64,000 nt of DNA from the NCBI GenBank assembly GCA_964016885.1, contig OZ024754.1, positions 44,392,001 to 44,456,000 on the forward strand, read 5' to 3'. Below are positions 13,052 to 47,577 of this stretch, one piece after another (the first letter of the stretch is position 1; every line of letters starts with the position of its first letter). This DNA is from Eledone cirrhosa. Taxonomy: Eukaryota. The translations under genes and the position numbers were made by a program. Below the pieces are notes generated by a model. The model was not told where the DNA came from. It saw only the letters and a program-made list of their open reading frames with translations, and did no database searches.

Positions 13052-15580
13052 TATATATGGTGAAGCTGTGTGGCTGAGTGGTTAGAGAATTGGATTCACA
13101 GTCCTGAGGTTATAATTTCGGGTGATGCATTATGTCCTTGAGCAAGACACTTTATTTCATGTTTCTCCTTCTGCCTGGAGTTGTGACCGGCAGATAGTAT
13201 TAGCAATTGGAAAGACTAATAGAAACATTGTTCTCCTAGTCGTCCGATTTGACGAGCTTCACCCCATTGTTAAGCGAATGAGGGCTGGGACCTTGTCGAT
13301 CGAATGTCGATATATCATCACCACTTTACATCCGTTCTTCCATGCTAGCATGGGTTAGACGGGATATATATATATATATCATCATCATCATTTACCACAC
13401 AATACCGCACCGCACCGCACCGCACCGCACCGCACCGCACCGCACCGCACCGCACCGCACCGCACCGCACCGCACCGCACCGCACCGCACCGCACCGCAC
13501 CGCACCGCACCGCACCGCACCGCACCGCACCGCACCGCACCGCACCGCACCGCACCGCACCGCACCGCACCGCACCGCACCGCACCGCACCGCACCGCAC
13601 CGCACCGCACCGCACCGCACCGCACCGCACCGCACCGCACCGCACCGCACCGCACCGCACCGCACCGCACCGCACCGCACCGCACCGCACCGCACCGCAC
13701 CGCACCGCACCGCACCGCACCGCACCGCACCGCACCGCACCGCACCGCACCGCACCGCACCGCACCGCACCGCACCGCACCGCACCGCACCGCACCGCAC
13801 CGCACCGCACCGCACCGCACCGCACCGCACCGCACCGCACCGCACCGCACCGCACCGCACCGCACCGCACCGCACCGCACCGCACCGCACCGCACCGCAC
13901 CGCACCGCACCGCACCGCACCGCACCGCACCGCACCGCACCGCACCGCACCGCACCGCACCGCACCGCACCGCACCGCACCGCACCGCACCGCACCGCAC
14001 CGCACCGCACCGCACCGCACCGCACCGCACCGCACCGCACCGCACCGCACCGCACCGCACCGCACCGCACCGCACCGCACCGCACCGCACCGCACCGCAC
14101 CGCACCGCACCGCACCGCACCGCACCGCACCGCACCGCACCGCACCGCACCGCACCGCACCGCACCGCACCGCACCGCACCGCACCGCACCGCACCGCAC
14201 CGCACCGCACCGCACCGCACCGCACCGCACCGCACCGCACCGCACCGCACCGCACCGCACCGCACCGCACCGCACCGCACCGCACCGCACCGCACCGCAC
14301 CGCACCGCACCGCACCGCACCGCACCGCACCGCACCGCACCGCACCGCACCGCACCGCACCGCACCGCACCGCACCGCACCGCACCGCACCGCACCGCAC
14401 CGCACCGCACCGCACCGCACCGCACCGCACCGCACCGCACCGCACCGCACCGCACCGCACCGCACCGCACCGCACCGCACCGCACCGCACCGCACCGCAC
14501 CGCACCGCACCGCACCGCACCGCACCGCACCGCACCGCACCGCACCGCACCGCACCGCACCGCACCGCACCGCACCGCACCGCACCGCACCGCACCGCAC
14601 CGCACCGCACCGCACCGCACCGCACCGCACCGCACCGCACCGCACCGCACCGCACCGCACCGCACCGCACCGCACCGCACCGCACCGCACCGCACCGCAC
14701 CGCACCGCACCGCACCGCACCGCACCGCACCGCACCGCACCGCACCGCACCGCACCGCACCGCACCGCACCGCACCGCACCGCACCGCACCGCACCGCAC
14801 CGCACCGCACCGCACCGCACCGCACCGCACCGCACCGCACCGCACCGCACCGCACCGCACCGCACCACACCACACCACACCACACCACACCACACTACAC
14901 TACACTACACTACACTACACTACACTACACTACACTACACTACACTACACTACACTACACTACACTACACCACACCACACCACACCACACCACACCACAC
15001 CACACCACACCACACCACACCACACCACACCACATACTTAAACTCACCAGATCCAGCTTGGAACCCATTAATGTTGTCTGGATTAAACATGTGATCCAGC
15101 ATCACTGCAACAGCATCTTTTGCAGAGGTAAACTGAAATACAGGTAATACAGGTAAGATGTTTTAGAGGTAGAGGTAGGGGTGGTTTAGTAGAGGTAAAT
15201 TGATATACAGGTAATACAAGTAAGATGTCTTTATAGCAACTGTACAGCAAGATTTCAAAGAAACTTGCGGCAACATTTTATAGCTAATGAGTGGCAAGAT
15301 TTTGCTATGTGCAGCCCTAATGCAGCAAATATGCGGTGTGCAACTATTCAGCTTAGAAAGAACATTGATCTGGGGTCTTACTGACTTCAGGTATTTCAAG
15401 GTAGTCAGTTATATAAAGGATTATTGGAATCAAATAGTGTTTAACAGGGAAATAGAATGAAAATAGATCTCTTACCTTCAGTTTCTTTACACCTGCTTCT
15501 CCATGGAGACCTGGGTTTGAAAGGTGAGTAGTTGGGTGAGAAATCAAATATATGTTGAGAGAGAGAAAGAGCAAGGGAGA

Positions 15581-15642
<62 letters not shown>

Positions 15643-16090
15643 GAGAGAGAAAGTAAAATAAAGTCAGAGAGAGACATGATTCCCTGTCAACATTTAATTT
15701 TGTCATCTTGTCCACACAGCAACCACTATAAACAACAATGACAACAACAACAACTACAATTTCAAAGAACTAGAGACACCAGCAACTATAGACAACAACA
15801 ACAACGACAACAACATTAACTACTAACAATATCATCATCATCATCATCATCATCGTTTAATGACCAACAACAAAATACAGTAATTGTAACTTACCCAGAC
15901 CTAGCGCCATTTCTCCTGCCTCTAAACTGAAGAGAAGACCTAACCCTGGAACTGTACAGCCACTTAGACAGAGCCCAATGGTACCTGTAATTAATGAAGG
16001 GTTGGTGATAGCAATAGGATATAGTAGTAGTATAGGTAGTAGTAGTAGTTGTGGTAGTAGTAGTAGTAGTAGTATAGGTAGTAGTAGCAA

Positions 16091-16127
<37 letters not shown>

Positions 16128-16158
16128 TGTGGTAGTAGTAGTAGTAGTAGTAATAGTG

Positions 16159-16222
<64 letters not shown>

Positions 16223-16275
16223 CAGCAGCAATAGTAGTAGTAGTAGTAGTGGTGGTGGTGGTGGTAGTAGTAGTG

Positions 16276-16315
<40 letters not shown>

Positions 16316-16404
16316 CAGTAGTAGTGGTAGTAGTAGTGGTAGTGGTAGTGGCAGTGGTAGTGGTAGTAGTAGTAATAGGGGTGGTAGTAGTAGTAGTAGT
16401 AGTG

Positions 16405-16437
<33 letters not shown>

Positions 16438-19400
16438 TAGGTAGTAGTAGCAATAGTAGTAGTAGTAGTGGTGGTAGTAGTGGTAGTGGTGGTAGTAGTA
16501 GTAGTGGTAGTAGTAGTAGTAGTAGTAGTGGTAGTAGTAGTAGTGGTAGTAGTAGTGGTAGTAGTAGTAGTAGTGGTAGTAGTAGTGGTACTCACTGATG
16601 TTCTTGTGTAGTTCATGACAGGCAGCTGTGATTTCAGCCAAGCTGTGGCCCTTCTCTGCCATAGCACCAGCAATCTGTGGTAGATGGAGATAGAGAGAGG
16701 TGCAGTGAGAGAGAGGAGGAGAGAGAGAGGTGCAGTGAGAGTGTTGTAGTGTGTTTCACTATTTGACATATTTGAGGGGGGGACAAATAGTATGTGTGTT
16801 GTATGTATTACACTCTATAGTGTGTGTGTGTATGTATTACTCTGTCCTGTATTGTGAATCAATATATAGAGAGTGTGTGTATATGTTAGCTCTCCAGTGT
16901 ATATGTTAGCTCTCCAGTGTGTGTGTGTTAGCTCTCCAGTGTATGTGTTAGCTCTCCAGTGTATGTGTTAGCTCTCCAGTGTGTATGTGTTAGCTCTCCA
17001 GTGTGTGTGTATTAGCTCTCCAGTGTGTGTGTTAGCTCTCCAGTGTGTATGTGTTAGCTCTCCAGTGTGTGTGTATTAGCTCTCCAGTGTGTATGTGTTA
17101 GCTCTCCAGTGTGTGTGTATTAGCTCTCCAGTGTATGTGTTAGCACTCCAGTGTATGTGTTAGCACTCCAGTGTATGTGTTAGCTCTCCTGTGTGTGTTA
17201 GCTCTCCAGTGTGTGTGTGTTAGCTCTCCAGTGTGTGTGTTAGCTCTCTAGTGTGCGTGTTAGCTCTCCAGTGTATGTGGTAGCTCTCCAGTGTATGTGG
17301 TAGCTCTCCAGTGTGTGTGTGTTAGCTCTCCAGTGTATGTGTTAGCTCTCCAGTGTGTGTGTTAGCTCTCCAGTGTGTGTGTTAGCTCTCCAGTGTGTGT
17401 GTTAGCTCTCTATCAATTCAAACAACAGGTGTTCCAGTAAAATGACAGAGATGATAAAACTAATTAGTTTACCTTCATTACAAATACAACTCCACAAAGT
17501 CCTCTCCGTCCTGCAGACTTAGTGTTGTTGATAGTGGCACAGTCCTCACCAATAATCACAGAGTCTATGTTGATATTTGGACATTGACTTTGGAAGTTCT
17601 CAAGAGCCAAACCAAAGTTTAGGCGGTCACCAGTGTAATTTAGAATCAAAACAAGGCAGCCTCCTGTTTAAAGATAACAATAAAGAATTAAGAGATGTGT
17701 CATCAGCTTAGATACCAGGTGAGAAAATATATTAACAACGACAATATATAATTGTTTCTACTTTTGGCTCAAGGCCAGCAATTACCTCAGTGTATTGCTG
17801 GTACTTTATTTTATCGATCCCATAAGGATGAAAGGTAAAGCTAACCTTGACGAGATTTGAACTCATAATTATTATTTTTTTTAATATTTGTTTCTGCTTT
17901 TGGCACAAGGCCAGCAATTACTCCAGTGCATTACTGGTACTTTATTTTATTGACCCCATAAGGATGAAAGGCAAAGTTAACCTCAGCGGGATTTGAACTC
18001 AGGCCATAAAGGGACGTAACTCTATGCTGCAAAGCATGGTGTCCGACCCTCTACCGATGCTGCCAATCCACCACCCTTGGGGACAATATATAATGGTTAA
18101 TTATTGAGCCAGGAGGAATGAAAGTCCAATCTTGCTTACAACCAGCCCTGATATTGAACTACGTCTAATGAAAGTCCAATCTTGCTTACAACCAGCCCTG
18201 ATATTGAACTACGTCTAATGAAAGTCCAATCTTGCTTACAACCAGCCCTGATATTGAACTACGTCTAATGAAAGTCCAGCCCTTCCACAACCAAACTTGT
18301 TAAATTATTGACCCATGAGAAATTCCAACTGCCATCACCCTGCAGTTTTCTTTTCCCGGCACAGTGTATCTGTGACTACATTATTCTAATGTGTCATATT
18401 TTTAAGATAATAGGGAGATTCGAGAAAGATTTAGCTGTTGTTTATTGTAGATCTTGCAACTATACAGAATTTTCCTTATTTTGGGGAATGGTCAAGCTAC
18501 TCCATCTTGTCAATATTAAAGAAAAAAAAACACAAGATGTAGAAAAAAATTAAGACGAGAAAGAAGAGGAGGCACATAAGAGAACAGATAGTCATTGAGG
18601 AGGCCAGAGAATGTGTGACAAAAGAACTTTGATGAAGTAACCAATAACTAGCAATAAAGATAAAGTGAAAATCTTATGGTGCGCTGTGTTTTTTTTATTG
18701 GCAATAATGGCAAGGTGTCCATCCCAACATATAACAATATCGGTTTCAACACATGATTTCACATTAAGAATCTTGCAAAACAAATACATAAACACACACT
18801 TATATATATATAGATATAGATATATATTACCTTTAGATGTTGGTGTGCAGATTGCATTGATAGCAGCACTGATGCTCATTGGTGGAGGTGATGTGAAAAT
18901 AGGACCTGCAACAGATGCACTCAGGAGACCTCTACCAACATACCCTACAATTAATGACATAAATATCTTAAGACAGTCATAAATATATATGTATGTATAT
19001 GAAAAGTGGCTGTAAAATGATGGTGATGATAGTGATAGTTTATATATATATATATATATAACGTAGGAAGTGTGGTAAGTAACCAGGTAGACCATAACAC
19101 ACCAAAATACTCGATACTTAGGGTAATAGAGTGGGTAATAGGAAAAGAGTCAGGACCCCGTTCAGACCTAGCTGTCGAAATGGTCGAAGCTCAACCGTCG
19201 GGGTCCTGACGATTAAATCGACTCCAGTACGTTACTGGTACTTTATAATGCTTACAGAACGGAAACACAAACAAATATAATATATACAAAGGAAAGGGAA
19301 AGGGAAAAAAAGAAAGAGGAAAAGAAAGAGAAAAACAACAACACATAAGCAGGTAATACACACATCTAGGATCATATACACACATCTAGGACATATATAC

Positions 19401-19973
19401 ACACACCACATCTAGGACATATACACACATCTAGGACCATGTACACGCATGTGTGTGTATATATATATATTAAAGTAAGATTTGATTGTTTTATACTTTG
19501 TATCTCGGCTCTGTAATACATTGAGCCTTTTCTCCTACCGGTAATTGGCTAGTACTTAGTACTACCTTCCATATTTATAATTATTATTATTACTACATAT
19601 ATATATATATTGAAATAAAAGGCTTCGCTCTAACTTTTTGACTGAATGAAATAGTTTAACAATAACGGAACGTATAAACACATGCTGTATATATATATAT
19701 ATACAGCATGTGTTTAAATATATATATAGATAGATAAATAGAGAGAAAGAGAGATGTGGTCTACTTACCAGCAAAGGCGGGTTCGTGACCTGAACCACCG
19801 CCACAGAGTAAAGTAACTTTACCCTGTTCGATAACCTTCTTTATATCTACCCTTACAACTACACGATGTGGTCCTTCTAGTAGTTTTTGGCCGGGATGGA
19901 CATTAACTTGACCAGCTAAACTATCATCTACACAAGTCTCAGGAGAGTTAAGAAAATAGCTGTTAGTTGCCAT
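6375..19973 (-). CDS. TKFC: Triokinase/FMN cyclase (dihydroxyacetone kinase, DAK1+DAK2 domains), 16 coding exons, 596 aa
   Basis: Exons 19973-19769, 18944-18831, 17663-17473, 16674-16596, 15984-15895, 15510-15476, 15132-15048, 12241-12152, 11881-11762, 11154-11023, 10520-10386, 9618-9500, 8761-8649, 8283-8250, 7929-7843, 6536-6375. All GT-AG, phases consistent, total 1791 nt. Motifs [68 protein letters not shown]. Confidence 0.96.
7843..7929 (-). CDS. TKFC: TKFC exon 15 ([13 protein letters not shown]...AVE)
   Basis: tag|ATT ... |gtatgt; in frame. Confidence 0.87.
8250..8283 (-). CDS. TKFC: TKFC exon 14 ([11 protein letters not shown])
   Basis: 34-nt exon; GDRTM motif. Confidence 0.92.
8649..8761 (-). 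CDS. TKFC: TKFC exon 13 ([10 protein letters not shown]...GLETIQR)
   Basis: AG/GT; in frame. Confidence 0.9.
9075..9255 (-). mobile_element. RTE-like LINE 3' end with (ATG)n tail; related copy at 6980-7101
   Basis: [31 protein letters not shown] on the minus strand; near-identical sequence at 6980-7101. Confidence 0.7.
9500..9618 (-). CDS. TKFC: TKFC exon 12 (...MGGTSGA)
   Basis: MGGTSG motif; AG/GT. Confidence 0.92.
9853..9918 (-). ncRNA. Minimal type-I hammerhead ribozyme motif (sense to TKFC pre-mRNA)
   Basis: Reverse complement reads tattttat-CTGATGA-aagcacacca...tggttgccctt-GAAA-tatgta-TA-ataaaata. Confidence 0.72.
10030..10095 (+). ncRNA. Minimal type-I hammerhead ribozyme motif
   Basis: [19 protein letters not shown] II (aagtgcacca/tggttgccctt)-GAAA-tatata-TA-ataaaata; perfect 8-bp stem I and palindromic stem III. 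Confidence 0.75.
10386..10520 (-). CDS. TKFC: TKFC exon 11 (...[21 protein letters not shown])
   Basis: DAK2 GDGDCG motif; AG/GT. Confidence 0.92.
11023..11154 (-). CDS. TKFC: TKFC exon 10 (DAPTSAPSW..., interdomain linker)
   Basis: DAPT.A..W motif; AG/GT. Confidence 0.88.
11205..11375 (-). mobile_element. Second tRNA-SINE family (related pieces at 13060-13165 and 47020-47100)
   Basis: Minus strand: TGGCCTAGTGG A-box, GGTTTGATTCC B-box, gtgttcttgagcgaaacactt body. Confidence 0.7.
11347..11704. repeat. 36-bp minisatellite, ~10 copies
   Basis: Unit ccaacacccttaccactaggccacgtaccttcacat. Confidence 0.95.
11762..11881 (-). CDS. TKFC: TKFC exon 9 (...[21 protein letters not shown]...)
   Basis: G.F.TSL.M.G.S.TL motif; AG/GT. 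Confidence 0.92.
12152..12241 (-). CDS. TKFC: TKFC exon 8 ([19 protein letters not shown]...)
   Basis: NNLGG motif; AG/GT. Confidence 0.92.
12320..12515 (+). mobile_element. CR1/L2-type LINE 3' fragment
   Basis: [22 protein letters not shown]...SLLEW resembles the FK..LD.FL C-terminal motif. Confidence 0.55.
13404..15034. repeat. (GCACC)n pentamer satellite grading into (ACACC)n/(ACACT)n
   Basis: Pure array 13404-14866; variants to 15034. Confidence 0.97.
15048..15132 (-). CDS. TKFC: TKFC exon 7 ([18 protein letters not shown]...)
   Basis: ttcag|...|gtgagt; in frame. Confidence 0.88.
15476..15510 (-). CDS. TKFC: TKFC exon 6 ([12 protein letters not shown])
   Basis: 35-nt exon carrying the catalytic-His motif GxHGExG. 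Confidence 0.92.
15895..15984 (-). CDS. TKFC: TKFC exon 5 ([13 protein letters not shown]...EMALGLG)
   Basis: AG/GT boundaries; conserved motif. Confidence 0.92.
16020..16590. repeat. (TAG/TGG)n trinucleotide tract
   Basis: Direct observation; fills most of TKFC intron 4. Confidence 0.95.
16596..16674 (-). CDS. TKFC: TKFC exon 4 ([15 protein letters not shown]...)
   Basis: cag|ATT ... |gtgag; K-IAGA.A motif. Confidence 0.92.
16880..17410. repeat. 18-22-bp minisatellite (ttagctctccagtgt..gtg)
   Basis: Constant core with a variable (GT)n spacer. Confidence 0.92.
17473..17663 (-). CDS. TKFC: TKFC exon 3 ([17 protein letters not shown]...[13 protein letters not shown])
   Basis: AG/GT boundaries; conserved motifs. 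Confidence 0.94.
17753..18075 (-). mobile_element. Two tandem tRNA-SINE copies
   Basis: Reverse-complement core occurs twice. Confidence 0.8.
18118..18278. repeat. ~50-bp tandem repeat, 3 copies
   Basis: Unit aatgaaagtccaatcttgcttacaaccagccctgatattgaactacgtct. Confidence 0.9.
18831..18944 (-). CDS. TKFC: TKFC exon 2 ([21 protein letters not shown]...)
   Basis: AG/GT boundaries; DAK motif GYVG..G.F.SP. Confidence 0.93.
19769..19973 (-). CDS. TKFC: TKFC exon 1 ([19 protein letters not shown]...[12 protein letters not shown])
   Basis: ATG at 19973; donor GTAAGT; DAK N-terminal motif. Confidence 0.93.
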
Positions 19974-20110
19974 AGTCAATATTACTACTATTAGTGTTAG
20001 AGCCGACAGCAACCTGTAGCGGAACTTTTCCGCTATTGTCACCGTTTGTTGACGGGTAGGTACAATCCAAGGGAGATAACTCTCGCTACAGGAAGGTCTG
20101 TGTTAGCATA
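19974..20110 (-). promoter_or_regulatory. Probable TKFC 5'UTR/core promoter
   Basis: Non-repetitive CpG-containing segment directly upstream of the ATG; contains AAGGGAGATAACTC at 20069-20082. Confidence 0.4.
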
Positions 20111-20189
20111 AATAGCAACAATATATACCATTACATCTAGCAGTGATATATGTCTTATCTGGACAATGTGAAAGAATACTCTTCCAATA

Positions 20190-20946
20190 ATACACACACC
20201 ACCACCACCATCACCATCACTACCACCACCACCATCATTACTACCAGCACCACTAGCACCACCACCACCACCATCATTACTACCACCACCATCACCACTA
20301 CCACCATCGCTATCACCACTACCACCACCACCACCACCACCAACCACCACCATCACCACCACTACCACCACCACCAACAACAACAACAGTAACACCAACA
20401 ACACCACCAACAACACCACCACCACCAACACTACCACCACCACCACCAACACCACCACCAACAACAACAACACCACCACCAACAACAACAACACCACCAC
20501 CACCAACACTACCACCACCACCACCAACACTACCACCACCACCACCAACACCACCACCAACAACAACAACAACAGTAACACCAACAACACCACCAACAAC
20601 ACCACCACCACCAACACTACCACCACCACCACCAACACCACCACCAACAACAACAACACCACCACCACCAACACTACCACCACCACCACCAACACCACCA
20701 CCACCACCACCAACACCACCACCAACAACAACAACACCACCACCACCACCACCACCAACACTACCACCACCACCACCACCAACACTACCACCACCACCAC
20801 CAACACCACCACCAACAACAACAACACCACCACCACCAACACCACCACCACCACCACCAACACCACCACCAACAACAACAACACCACCAACAACAACAAC
20901 AACACCACCACCACCACCACCAGCAACACTACCATCAACAACAACA
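20190..20946. repeat. (CAC/CAA)n low-complexity tract
   Basis: Direct observation. Confidence 0.93.
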
Positions 20947-21229
20947 TAAGAAGCAGTCATTTGGTTGGTGAGTGATTAATACCTTAGCATCTTGATATGA
21001 GGTGAGATTAGTGGAGATTAAAGTAACTCACGTGAGGTGACTAGCAGGTCCAGGTAACATTTCTCTACCTCCAATTACTGTCAGGAACAGGGACGGGGGG
21101 GGGGGTAGGTGACTAGGAGGTCCAAGTAACAGTCCCCCACCTCCAATTACTGTCAGGAACAGGGACGGGGGGGGGGGGGGGTAGGTGACTAGGAGGTCCA
21201 AGTAACAGTCCCCCACCTCCAATTACTGT

Positions 21230-21790
21230 CAGGAAGAAGGACAGTGGGTGTCGGGCGGCGGCTCTGGTCACCCTATCAGGAAGAAGGACAGGGTGCATGG
21301 GCCGGCGGCTCTGGTCACCCTATCAGGAAGAAGGACAGTGGGTGTCGGGCGGCGGCTCTGGTCACCCTATCAGGAAGAAGGACAGGGTGCATGGGCCGGC
21401 GGCTCTGGTCACCCTATCAGGAAGAAGGACAGGGTGCATGGGCCGGCGGCTCTGGTCACCCTATCAGGAAGAAGGACAGGGTGCATGGGCCGGCGGCTCT
21501 GGTCACCCTATCAGGAAGAAGGACAGTGGGTGTCGGGCGGCGGCTCTGGTCACCCTATCAGGAAGAAGGACAGGGTGCATGGGCCGGCGGCTCTGGTCAC
21601 CCTATCAGGAAGAAGGACAGTGGGTGTCGGGCGGCGGCTCTGGTCACCCTATCAGGAAGAAGGACAGGGTGCATGGGCCGGCGGCTCTGGTCACCCTATC
21701 AGGAAGAAGGACAGTGGGTGTCGGGCGGCGGCTCTGGTCACCCTATCAGGAAGAAGGACAGGGTGCATGGGCCGGCGGCTCTGGTCACCC
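21230..21790. repeat. 47-bp GC-rich minisatellite, ~12 units, two variants; preceded by a ~70-bp triplication at 21035-21235
   Basis: Unit caggaagaaggacag[tgggtgtcggg|ggtgcatgggc]cggcggctctggtcaccctat. Confidence 0.93.
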
Positions 21791-21969
21791 TCCTTTTCCC
21801 TGCTTAACCCTTTCTTTACCTTATTGCTAATGAAATATTTCGTATTCTAATTAATTACTGAATAATTTTGCAAAGATTTACTTGAAATTAAATTTCATTA
21901 AGATGGGATTTGTAACAACAGAATGTTTTTATATTAAATTATGTTGGAAAGATTTGATTTCTATAGCAA

Positions 21970-22420
21970 CTTTTTAAAGTGGGTGGTTTTGTTTCATAGA
22001 AACAGAGGCCGTTTAGAGCCGGCTGGTATTACATGAGTTAAATAGAAACCCTTTAAAATGGGTGGTTTGATAGAAATAGGGGTAGTTTAGGGCATGTTGG
22101 TATTAAAAGGCTTAAGTAAGAACCCTTTAAAATGGGTGGTTCTGTTTCTTAGAAACGGGTGGTTTAGGGCTGTCTGGTATTAAAAGGGTTAAATAGAAAC
22201 CCTTTAAAATGGGTGGTTTGATAGAAATGTGGTAGTTTAGGGCAGGCTGGTATTAAAAGGGTTAAATTGGAACCCTTTGAAATGTGTGCTTTTGAGCGGG
22301 TATTGAAAGAATTATATATAGAAACCCTTTAAAATAGGTGGTTTTGTTTTCTAGAAACAGAGGTAGTTTATAGTAGATTAATATTAAAAAGGTTTAATAA
22401 AACCCCCTTAAAATGGGTAG
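21970..22420. repeat. Degenerate ~60-bp tandem repeat
   Basis: Recurring aaaccctttaaaatgggtggttt...tagaaa...ggtattaaaaggg. Confidence 0.8.
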
Positions 22421-22816
22421 TTGTGTTGAAAAGAAAGGGAGGGGATTTTGGGCGTGTATTAATAGAGTTAAGCAAAACTTGAGACTTGAGACAGAAGAGA
22501 TTTACCTAGCCAACACACACCCATCTACCCTGTAACAATCTTTTAAGAGTCTTAACTGTATTAATTGTACTACTGACATTATCACAGCAGCACCCCCCCC
22601 CCCCCCACCAACACCGGTAGTACCTCCACTGTCACCACCACCACCATCACCAACTACTACTGCTACTGCTACTACTACTATCGTCATCATCAATACATTT
22701 CTATTTGGTTGACATGAACTATTTCACAAAGGCTACAGTTTATATTAATCCAAAGTACTTAATACGAACACATACTTATACTTGGGTTATATGTACAAGG
22801 ATGTGTACCCACACTC

Positions 22817-22867
<51 letters not shown>

Positions 22868-22938
22868 TAAATATATATATATATGTATATATATATATTT
22901 ACATACACATATATGTATTTAGACAGATGCTGATACCC

Positions 22939-23026
<88 letters not shown>

Positions 23027-23301
23027 GCTATAGAGAAAGAGCAAGGACTTCATGTGGGGCCCATGGTATGCGCCATGCTTGCCATAGCCTAGCTACGCCC
23101 CTGGATTTAAGGGTTTCCCGTCGGTCAGAATCTGTTTGGTTTTGTTCATCTCTGGGAGAAACAGAGTTCGATTCTTCGTAGCGACTCTGACAACATTTTC
23201 CCGCCTCTAAAGATCTTTACCTGATTTTAATAAAGTACTTTACAACAACTGGCGGCATTTGTTGTTATTTTCTGCACAAGGAGCTTCTTACGTCTTATAA
23301 T

Positions 23302-23406
<105 letters not shown>

Positions 23407-23534
23407 ATATGTGTGTGTAAGTGTGTGCGTGTGTGTGTGCACATGTCTATGAGTGTGTGTTTGTGTTCGTGAATAAGTTTCAGCTGGATTAAGAACAGTC
23501 TGCTGAGTAGCTTGACAAATAATCCCCAGCGTCT

Positions 23535-23902
23535 ACCATCACAACACTGTGTGCCTCTCCTCTAAAGATATTCCTGGTTAAACTTTCTCCACCATAACAG
23601 TCTGTCTCTCCTCTAACGATATTTTGTTGTCAAACTCCTTCAACCACAACAGAGTGTTCTCCTCTAAAGATTTTCCTCGCTAAACTCCCTCCATCACAAC
23701 ACTGTGAACCCTCCTCTAAAGATATTGCTGCTAAACTCCCTCAATCACAACAGTGTGTTCTCTAAAGATATCTATTGCTAAACTTCCTCCAACATAACAC
23801 TACATCCTCCATTAAAAATATTTCTGGCTAAACTGCCTACATCACAACACTGTGCATCTTCCCCCAAAGATATTCCTGGCTAAACTCCCTCCATCACAAC
23901 AC
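23535..23902. repeat. Degenerate ~50-bp tandem repeat abutting the NPC2-A start codon
   Basis: Unit ccatcacaacactgtg..ctcctctaaagatattcctggctaaactccct, ~7 copies. Confidence 0.85.
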
Positions 23903-23905
23903 ACG

Positions 23906-46275
<22,370 letters not shown>

Positions 46276-47202
46276 GAGACGCTGTTGTCTTCAGAACCAG
46301 GAGAAAGTAACAATAATAATAACAATGATAATAATAATAATAAATACAAAAGATAGCACTACTAGGCACTGCACACAGATTACGAAAAGTACCATCAATA
46401 CAATAGAAACAAAATCAGCAAAAGCTACACTGCATGTGTCCAAGGGGCATAGGACTGTGCTCGGTAAAGCAGTAATGATGCGCAATAAAAATAATAATGG
46501 AAATAATAATAATAATAATGGATTCTGATTTAGGTACAAGGCCAGCAATTTTGTGGGAGGGGAAAGTCGATTAAATCGACCTCACTTCATGACTGGTACT
46601 TTATTTTAGTCACGTACTGGGGTCGATGTAATCGACTCCCCCCCCCCCCCTCCCAAATTGCTGGCCTTGTACCTAAATCAGAAAACCTCATTATTATAAT
46701 GATAACTTTAGAATAACAACGATAACTAGAACAGAAAGACCAGTTTCTTCATTCTGGTCGGTTCCTTGTTGTTACAGGAAATTTTGGCACTTAAACATGT
46801 TTAAATAAGACGTAATTCGGAGAGGAATCTCATGTGAGACCTCCATTCTATACTGTTTGAACAATAAACCTTTTAAAATAAGATTTTGTTTTGTTTTGTT
46901 CTTTTGGTAAATTATATTAATTTTAAAAATTGTAAAGATCGATTTCAAGTCAGGGGCCCCCAAATTGAGCTCTTCAAATTGGGGACCCCCTCAAATTGGC
47001 TTAGGGGTTAGGGTATTCGGTTCACGATCGTAAAGTCATGAGTACGATTCCCAGTGGTGCGTTGTGTCCTTGAGCAAGACACTTTATTTCAGGTTGCTCC
47101 TATGTGTAAGTATGTAAACGTGATTCTGGTTTCTGGTTTGTGATTGGATGTTTATAGGACAAGACCATAACAAAATATGAACACACACAAACAAACACAC
47201 AT

Positions 47203-47265
<63 letters not shown>

Positions 47266-47294
47266 CACACACACACATATCTATCTAGCTCTCG

Positions 47295-47379
<85 letters not shown>

Positions 47380-47382
47380 TAC

Positions 47383-47462
<80 letters not shown>

Positions 47463-47506
47463 CCCGTTAAGGGTGAAAGCAGCGATTCTTTGCTTAAACT
47501 TTAATC

Positions 47507-47577
<71 letters not shown>

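Noticed and set aside
13342-15147. 601-aa, 516-aa and ~500-aa ORFs (PHRTA / RCGAV repeats)
   Set aside because: Translations of the stop-free (GCACC)n satellite inside TKFC intron 7
16880-17410. Constant core with variable spacers
   Set aside because: Spacers are just (GT)n length variants
19974-20042. N-terminal extension of TKFC in the ORF track (MTIAEKFRY...)
   Set aside because: Starts at GTG; the ATG at 19973 fits the usual TKFC start position
21230-21790. CRISPR-like look of constant repeat plus variable segment
   Set aside because: Only two 11-bp variants, no unique spacers, no cas genes, eukaryotic context
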